Shown: positions 57,828 to 64,000 of the stretch, in pieces
Position numbering within the stretch: the stretch's first letter is position 1
Layout of the letters: every line of letters starts with the position of its first letter
Source: Deltaproteobacteria bacterium
GTDB lineage: Bacteria > Myxococcota_A > Polyangia > Fen-1088
Direction: 5' to 3'
DNA: 64,000 nt
NCBI GenBank assembly: GCA_033763315.1
Contig: JANRKS010000032.1
Location: 64,001 to 128,000, forward strand
Position numbers and translations under genes: made by a program
The notes under the pieces: model-generated
The model's database searches: none
Seen by the model: only the letters and a program-made list of their open reading frames with translations
What the model was told of the DNA's origin: nothing

Positions 57828-58811
57828 CTAGTCGCAGCCGATGCGCTTTGAGTCGACGGCGATGTCATCCATATAGAACGTGAAGTCTTTGTCGACTGTG
57901 GCCGCGGCAATCTGGAAGCCGAACGCAGCCGTTAGTACCCTTTCATACTTTTGCCAACAAGCGTCGCCTGCAACCGCCCCCCGCATCCCCATGGATTTCC
58001 CATCGATCCATGCATCGAACCCAGTGGCGTCGGCGCGGATCTCAACGCAGGTCCATTTCTGTGCGGGCAACGTGGCCCCATCGGCGGCGCAGTCCTTCTT
58101 GGTTGATTCTTTGATGTAAAGCATGCGCCCGCCGTTTGCGCCAACGATGCCCGCGGACGCCGTGGCTCCCACCAAGGCGGCGTCCTTGACCTGACCGAAC
58201 AAGCGCGCCAAGCGATAATGCGGTTGTTCGCCAGAACGGCTTACCGCAGGCAATTCGGGAAAGTACATCCAGGCACGCGCGTAAACAGTCTTACCACCGC
58301 CGGTTTTCGTATCGACGGCGGCCACCTTGAGCATGCGCGTTTCTGCGCCTTTCGAGGCCACCTTCACGGCGTTTGCGCCCGTGTGCTTTTGCTCGGAGGT
58401 CACGAGGTAATCAGCCGCCGTGCCGCCTTCGATGCTGAACGCACTGCCGGCAAGTGGCCCCGCCCCAAGGCCTTCAAAGCCGTTGCAGAACGCAAGACCG
58501 CCGCAGTCCATCGGCGTTGGCGTCCCGCCTGTGCCGGCACCACCCATACCTTGGCCGCCGCTGCCTCCTGCGGCTTGCCCCGCGCTGCCTCCTGCGGCTT
58601 GCCCGGCGCCGCCCCCTTGCGCTGTGCCACCCGTGTTGGCCGGTGCACCACCACTGGCTTTGCCCCCCGTGGCATCATCGCCTCCCGCTCCTCCCGCCAT
58701 CTCCTGGCCTGCTTGCCCTCCTGCGTTTGTGTCATCGTCTTGCTGCGCTGTGGAACACGAAACGCCCAACGCCAAAAGCACTGCAAATAAAGCGGATACG
58801 CGAAACATCAT
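57828..58811 (-). CDS. Gly-rich lipoprotein with Cip1-like/polysaccharide-lyase-like jelly-roll domain
   Basis: GVSC lipobox, Gly linker, FC.GFE...YARAWMYF...W.CVE...DDIAVDSKRIGC. Confidence 0.75.
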   Translation of the reverse strand: MMFRVSALFAVLLALGVSCSTAQQDDDTNAGGQAGQEMAGGAGGDDATGGKASGGAPANTGGTAQGGGAGQAAGGSAGQAAGGSGGQGMGGAGTGGTPTPMDCGGLAFCNGFEGLGAGPLAGSAFSIEGGTAADYLVTSEQKHTGANAVKVASKGAETRMLKVAAVDTKTGGGKTVYARAWMYFPELPAVSRSGEQPHYRLARLFGQVKDAALVGATASAGIVGANGGRMLYIKESTKKDCAADGATLPAQKWTCVEIRADATGFDAWIDGKSMGMRGAVAGDACWQKYERVLTAAFGFQIAAATVDKDFTFYMDDIAVDSKRIGCD

Positions 58812-58905
58812 GCGCTCGATCTCCCGTTGTTTGCGGTGGCGCCGCAACCGTGACGCCCAGCTTAATAGTAGGATCGACGTTCGCGTGGCCTGCCATTGCT
58901 CTGAG

Positions 58906-59814
58906 TTAAATCGCTGCACCAAGCATGGCCTTTGCCGCATACACGGCCGCACCCACCACACCGGCGCCGTCACCAAGCGCAGCAAACGCGACGCTCGGGC
59001 GGTGCGATGTAAACGAGCGGACGTTCGTGCGCGGCTGAACGCCCAAGGCTTGCAGCCCAAGCGCCAAACCGCCGCCGACCACAACGCGATCAGGTGCATA
59101 AACCAGCGCAAAGTTATGAACCACAAGCTCAAGGTCTGCGAGGTAACGCTCAATCGCCCCCGCCGCTGCGTGCGATTGGCTCTGGGCGGCGGTGAATAGG
59201 GCTTCGGGAGAGACGAATTTTCCTCGTGCATTTGTGAGCAGGCCGGCGGCGCACAGCCGCGCTTCGGCACAGCCGCTTTGGCCACAGATGCACGAGGAGG
59301 ATGCCGCGTCGTCAAGCCGCAACCTGATGTGACCCGCCATGTGTGTGCGTGGTTGCGCCTCCAAGAAACCTTGGTCGCTGACGAAGCCAACGCCCAGCCC
59401 CGTGCCCAGCGTCAGCGCCAACAAGCGGCGGTGCCCCGCGCCTGCGCCAAAGCACGCCTCGCCAAGCGCCACCAACCGCGCGTCGTTGTCGCCGAAGCAA
59501 GGCAGCCCGGTCGCAGCGTGCAACGCTTGGCACAGGTTGAAGCAGCCGGTGTCCATGAAAGGCAAAAAGCCCCATGTTGTGTCAACAACGCCGCTTTCAA
59601 TGTATCCCGGAACGCCAATGCCCAAAGCCACGAAGGTTGCTGGGGCCAAGCGCTGCTGCAGCTTTTCGATCGTCGAGCCGATCGCCAGCATGAAGGCGTG
59701 GGCGTCGTCCTTGATGGTGGGGGCTATCTCTAGTGCGGCAACTTTGCCCGATAGGGTGTCAACGGCGCCCACTTTCGTGCGTGTGCCCCCCACATCGATG
59801 CCGATGCACAACAC
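58906..59814 (-). CDS. ROK family sugar kinase
   Basis: GIDVGGT, DNDA...ALGE, LGTGLG and CICGQSGCAE. No N-terminal HTH. Confidence 0.9.
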   Translation of the reverse strand: MLCIGIDVGGTRTKVGAVDTLSGKVAALEIAPTIKDDAHAFMLAIGSTIEKLQQRLAPATFVALGIGVPGYIESGVVDTTWGFLPFMDTGCFNLCQALHAATGLPCFGDNDARLVALGEACFGAGAGHRRLLALTLGTGLGVGFVSDQGFLEAQPRTHMAGHIRLRLDDAASSSCICGQSGCAEARLCAAGLLTNARGKFVSPEALFTAAQSQSHAAAGAIERYLADLELVVHNFALVYAPDRVVVGGGLALGLQALGVQPRTNVRSFTSHRPSVAFAALGDGAGVVGAAVYAAKAMLGAAI

Positions 59815-60887
59815 TATGTCACCAGCCAGTTGAGGTGGCGCATCGTTCCGGCCTCATGGCCCCGGCGTGCCGCAAGAGCGAACGTCAGTAGCTGCACGGA
59901 GGGCGCCGCGACCAGTGGCTTGAACGCTGACGGAAGGCCACGCAAAGGCAGCCCCAGCAAAGGCGCTCCATAAGTTGACCGAGCGTTGTCGCTGATGATC
60001 AACGTCTGCGGCGCATTTTTGCGGATCTTCTCCACGTGGCGTCGGGTGGCGTCGTTGGGCTCGAGATCAATGATCACGCCGGCGAAAGCTTCATCCACGA
60101 CTTCAAGCGGCCCGTGTGCGAAGCCATTGAGGCTGTGGCTCGCCGCGGGCAACCACACCCCTTCTTCGATCAACAGCGCCCCTAGTCCCGCGGTCACAGC
60201 GCCATAGCCGGCACCGATGAAATAAACGCTGCGAGGATCCGCGTGGCGCGGCCAATCGCTCAGGTGATCGAGCCACGCTGGCATGCAGGAAGCCATCAAC
60301 CCAAAGGCGTCGTGCAACGCGCCTCTATGAGCGTCCAGTTCTTCGCGGCTTGTCACCAACAGAAGTGCCGCCAACATCAACGCTGTATGGGCCTTGACGC
60401 AGATCAAGCCATCAAACGGTGCTGGCACATGCACCACGACATCAGCGTGAAGCGCTAACGTGCTGTTCGGTGTCATGGTGATCGCAATGAGAGTGCCACC
60501 ACGGCCTTGGCACAATTGGGCAAAGTCAGCGATCTCGCCGCTTTGACCTGAACGTGACAGAACCACATAAACCGTTTGATCGCAAAATGGACTTTCGTTG
60601 AGCAAGGCGCTTGTCTCAACCAGAGCCACATTTGGGTGCAAGCGGGCCGCCGCCATGAACGCAGGCATGGCTGAAAGGTAGGCGCTGCCCATGCCGGTAA
60701 ACACCACCCGACGTGCCTGTTGTACCAGGTTCGCGGCGGCAAGAACGGCTTGTTGTCCTGGCCCATCCAAGTGTGCCAGCGTCTGGGCCAACGCTTCTGG
60801 TTGCGCCAAGATATCCTGCAGATACCGCGTCACTTGCGACGTTTCGCCGCGCGCGATGAACGCCTGCGTCTTTTGCAAATCAATCAT
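59814..60887 (-). CDS. Double-SIS-domain sugar-phosphate isomerase/deaminase (GlmD/AgaS/FrlB-like)
   Basis: DI..QP..L, GMGS, SRSGQS, EEG and HGP motifs. No glutaminase domain. Confidence 0.88.
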   Translation of the reverse strand: MIDLQKTQAFIARGETSQVTRYLQDILAQPEALAQTLAHLDGPGQQAVLAAANLVQQARRVVFTGMGSAYLSAMPAFMAAARLHPNVALVETSALLNESPFCDQTVYVVLSRSGQSGEIADFAQLCQGRGGTLIAITMTPNSTLALHADVVVHVPAPFDGLICVKAHTALMLAALLLVTSREELDAHRGALHDAFGLMASCMPAWLDHLSDWPRHADPRSVYFIGAGYGAVTAGLGALLIEEGVWLPAASHSLNGFAHGPLEVVDEAFAGVIIDLEPNDATRRHVEKIRKNAPQTLIISDNARSTYGAPLLGLPLRGLPSAFKPLVAAPSVQLLTFALAARRGHEAGTMRHLNWLVT

Positions 60888-63130
60888 TTCGTCTCCGCTG
60901 GTGTGGATAAGATGAAGGCGCGCGCCGTGCGTGCGCCCAGTTCTACGAACACGGTGTTGCCCTCCACGGGCAAGGCATTGCCGGAACTGTGATCAACCGC
61001 CGCCGTGAAGCTCAGCCCAGCAAGGGCGACGTTCACGGCGACAGCGGTGCTTTCACAGTTTATGACTACAAGCACGCTTTCGTCTTGGCCACGCAACAGC
61101 CTCGTGTCGATGGCGCGGTCGCCACGTTGTTGCACAACCACAACCGGCTGAACTTGCGCCAGTGTGGCGAAGTCGCAGAGCAGCCGCGCAAAGCCATCGT
61201 CGGCGAAATCGCTTAAGCGTCCGGGCAAGCTGCCAAAATAGAGCGTCCGGCCTTTGCCAAATCGATTGGCGACCACAACGGCCTCATCAGACGCGTTTTG
61301 AGCGATCACCGTCGCTGTGGACTGTGGGCTCAGCACCTCCTCGAACTTATGGCCGTGCAGCTTTTGGCCAGGCACAAGCTGGGCGTTGGGGTGAAGTGCG
61401 TTGGTCACACGCAAAGCCGGGCGGCCCGTCATCTGCACCTGATAGGCCGAGCCCAGCGTGCTTGTGGATGCGTCGTGCTCGGAGAAGCAGGGGCGCACCA
61501 AGCTCTCTTCGCACCCGAATACATGATGCAAGCCCAACCCTGGAACGATGGGTTCGCCGAAACCGTTCTCGTCTTTCATTGCCAAAAACAGCCCGGCGAC
61601 CAAGTGACCTCCGTCGTTCACGTAGCGCTTGAGGGCCGCAGCGACGTTATCAGCCATGGCGTATCCGAAAGGAACACAGGCCACTTGATACTTTGTGAGC
61701 GCACCCGCCGCGGCCGCGGCCTCTGAGACAAAATCCACCGCGAACCCCTGGCTGCGCCAAGCCGCATAGAAGTCGCGTTGGGCATTCACGACCTCGGCGT
61801 CGCTGCCCTCGCCCGCGGCGACGATACGAGCTCGCACGTTGTCAACGATGGCAATGCGCGCGGCCACAGGTTTGCAGCGCGCCAAGGGCCCCTCGGCCAC
61901 GCTTGCGGCCACAGCTCCCACTCGCTTGGCGCGTGCGGTGGGGCGGCCGGCGCGATCGCTGAGTCCATGGCCACCCACCTCAACGCCTCCCATGTGTGGC
62001 CGCCAGTTCCAATACTGAACGCACGTGGCGCCGTTGCCTAGCACCTGCCACGTAAAGCGTTCGATGTCGTCGGCGTCAAGCGGCACGCCCCAGTTGGTGA
62101 TGCCCCACGTGGTTTGCCCCGCGCGCAATTCCCACAACCACAGTGGCTTGCCGGCCGCCGCAGAACGATGTCGATCCATGAGCCAGTTGGTGCTCATGTA
62201 ATCGCCGGCAACGTCACTTGTGAACATGCTCACGCCCAGCGCATCAACGAGCGGCGCGATCGCCCACAGATCCTGCGACCAAAACGCCGGGTCGACCTGA
62301 TGAGTGTGATCGACGATCGGTGTTGTGTCGTCGAGGGCGCGTACAACTTCAATCTTGAACCTCATCCAATCCGTGTACAGGTCACACATGTACAAACGGT
62401 GATCCAGCCACTCGACTTGGTTGTGAAGCATGGCTGGATCGCGGTGGTATCGGGCCCGTGGTGGCTGCACTTCGTCGAACGATCGGAAGTGCGCGCGCCA
62501 CATGCGGTTCAGCTCGGCAATGAATTTGTATTTGCCCCGAAGCCACGCGCGGAAGCCGTCATTGGCAGCTTCGTTGTAATCCCAAAGCCGATCGTCTTGG
62601 TTGGTTGTGTCCGGCTTTTGATTCCACCACAGGCCACCCTCGATGGAAATGTTGTAACCAAGGTTGTGAGGGTGACGACGATAACGGCTCACGGCCGCGT
62701 CCAAGAATCGCTGCGCGTAGGCACGGAAGATCGGGTGCGCTGGGCTTGCAGAACGAGTCACATAGCCGCTCGCTGCCACAGCCAAGGCTTCTGGGTGCTT
62801 CTTCACGAACCAAGGTGGCGTGAGCTCAGGCCATAACCACACGAAGTGGTCCATCGACAAGTCGTCACATACTTGACGTACAGTGTCCGGCGCTGAGAAG
62901 TCGTATTCGCCGGGCGCGACTTCGATGTCTGACCACGTGCAGTTGAAGCTTACGCTATCAAGGCCACATTCCTTCATGTGACCGATCTCGCGGCGCATGA
63001 AATCCGCGAACGCTTGCCCATCGAGTGGCGGAGACTGTTTGCGGAATGTTGCGTGGTGAAGCGCGCCGAACGGAATGTGTTTGGGAAACAGCACTTCCCT
63101 TAAATACGAGGCACGAAGCCGGCTGCGCAC
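60884..63130 (-). CDS. GH42-like glycoside hydrolase (beta-galactosidase family) with trimerisation domain
   Basis: WSDIE..PGEYDF, PPWF...HPE, FRAWL..KY..I.ELN..W, nucleophile WELRAG and GG.LV. Confidence 0.85.
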   Translation of the reverse strand: MRSRLRASYLREVLFPKHIPFGALHHATFRKQSPPLDGQAFADFMRREIGHMKECGLDSVSFNCTWSDIEVAPGEYDFSAPDTVRQVCDDLSMDHFVWLWPELTPPWFVKKHPEALAVAASGYVTRSASPAHPIFRAYAQRFLDAAVSRYRRHPHNLGYNISIEGGLWWNQKPDTTNQDDRLWDYNEAANDGFRAWLRGKYKFIAELNRMWRAHFRSFDEVQPPRARYHRDPAMLHNQVEWLDHRLYMCDLYTDWMRFKIEVVRALDDTTPIVDHTHQVDPAFWSQDLWAIAPLVDALGVSMFTSDVAGDYMSTNWLMDRHRSAAAGKPLWLWELRAGQTTWGITNWGVPLDADDIERFTWQVLGNGATCVQYWNWRPHMGGVEVGGHGLSDRAGRPTARAKRVGAVAASVAEGPLARCKPVAARIAIVDNVRARIVAAGEGSDAEVVNAQRDFYAAWRSQGFAVDFVSEAAAAAGALTKYQVACVPFGYAMADNVAAALKRYVNDGGHLVAGLFLAMKDENGFGEPIVPGLGLHHVFGCEESLVRPCFSEHDASTSTLGSAYQVQMTGRPALRVTNALHPNAQLVPGQKLHGHKFEEVLSPQSTATVIAQNASDEAVVVANRFGKGRTLYFGSLPGRLSDFADDGFARLLCDFATLAQVQPVVVVQQRGDRAIDTRLLRGQDESVLVVINCESTAVAVNVALAGLSFTAAVDHSSGNALPVEGNTVFVELGARTARAFILSTPAETK

Positions 63131-63384
63131 TAACGCACATTAAACCGCCCAGCGGATCCCGCGGTTTTCCGTTCCTGGCTTAACACCTGATAAACACGCC
63201 GCAGGCTTGCGGGGGCTAACTTGGAAAGACGAGCCGATTCCGCGGGGATGGCTCCATGGTTCGCAAGGAGTCTAAATGCGTAAGCCTGTCGTTCAGTTTA
63301 AGGCAAGCCTCTTGTTGTTCGCTGCCGCGTGCACCGGTTCGGTTGGTGACGTGCGGCAGGTTTCCACGTGTGAGGGTGACGAAA

Positions 63385-64000
63385 ATGAAGCTTAGACGCG
63401 TTTGCTTGGTGGTGGCCGCGGCCACAGTGGCCGTAGCTGCCTGCAAGGCCAGTGGGGATAAGGATGAGGACGGCGCGGGCGGCGAATCAGGTGCGGGGGG
63501 CGACACGAGTGAGCAAGGGGGCGGCGCCGGCGGCGCAGCCATGGGTGGGCGAGGCAACGGTGGCGCGGCGGGAGGAACAGCCGGCGCAGCCTCCAGCGCC
63601 GCAGGGGCGGGCGGAAGCAAGCCCGGCTCCGATACGGGGGGCGCTTCGGGTGGCAACGGCAATCCCGTTTCAACAGCCAAGTGTGTGCCCCCAAAGCTTA
63701 AGCTCACGCGCGTGACCACCGCCGACACGCCGATGGTGCTCACGCAACCCGCCTCCGATCCACGCCTCTACATCGCCGAACGCGGTGGCCGCATCAAAAT
63801 CTTTAAGGACGGCAAACTTGTTTCCGACCCCTTCCTCGATATGGCGGCCAGCGTGTATCGCCCCGATGGTGAGAATGAACGCGGTTTGCTGGGGCTGGCC
63901 TTTCATCCCAACTACAAGGACAACGGCCGTTTCTTCGTGTTTTACACACGCAGCCAAAACGATATGTATTCACAAGGCACGCCGGGAGACGTTGTGATTG
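63385..64000 (+). CDS. PQQ-dependent glucose/sorbosone dehydrogenase family lipoprotein (3'-partial)
   Basis: Translated by hand: MKLRRVCLVVAAATVAVAAC lipobox, Gly linker, RLYIAERGGRI...PFLD...ERGLLGLAFHPNY..NGRFFVFYT. Absent from the ORF track because it has no stop in the window. Confidence 0.9.
   Translation, partial: MKLRRVCLVVAAATVAVAACKASGDKDEDGAGGESGAGGDTSEQGGGAGGAAMGGRGNGGAAGGTAGAASSAAGAGGSKPGSDTGGASGGNGNPVSTAKCVPPKLKLTRVTTADTPMVLTQPASDPRLYIAERGGRIKIFKDGKLVSDPFLDMAASVYRPDGENERGLLGLAFHPNYKDNGRFFVFYTRSQNDMYSQGTPGDVVI

Noticed and set aside
58560-58604. 24-bp-period direct repeat
   Set aside because: It encodes the GQAAGGS linker of a Gly-rich lipoprotein. Ordinary low-complexity duplication.

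Overview
GC-rich window that looks like a myxobacterium (Myxococcota, probably Polyangia-like). This is inferred from Cys-rich DUF4215/fibro-slime repeats, PEGA/TPR-fused TonB receptor and kinase, the DUF1552/DUF1592 pair and many Gly-rich lipoproteins. About 55 CDS are present. I saw no tRNA, rRNA, CRISPR array, transposase or integrase. The left part (1-40 kb) is mostly housekeeping and envelope genes (sdhCAB, moaA, ccmE, LolC/E-like permease, tatA, MltD-like, RluA-family, dacB), plus a truncated GH140-like gene and a probable small-antitoxin/nucleotidyltransferase pair. The right part (40-64 kb) is accessory: a Ser/Thr kinase next to a TPR-PEGA-TonB receptor, the DUF1592/DUF1552 pair, and a carbohydrate/nitrogen catabolism region. 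The best candidates for an undescribed system are: (i) a translationally coupled MocD-like diiron oxygenase, MetX-like hydrolase and GmaS/GlnT-type ligase operon followed by a GPH sugar symporter; (ii) a GH42-like/SIS/ROK operon with altered substrate-binding motifs; (iii) a possible TonB-receptor-to-Hanks-kinase trans-envelope signalling pair. All family assignments come from motif recognition by eye, not from database searches.
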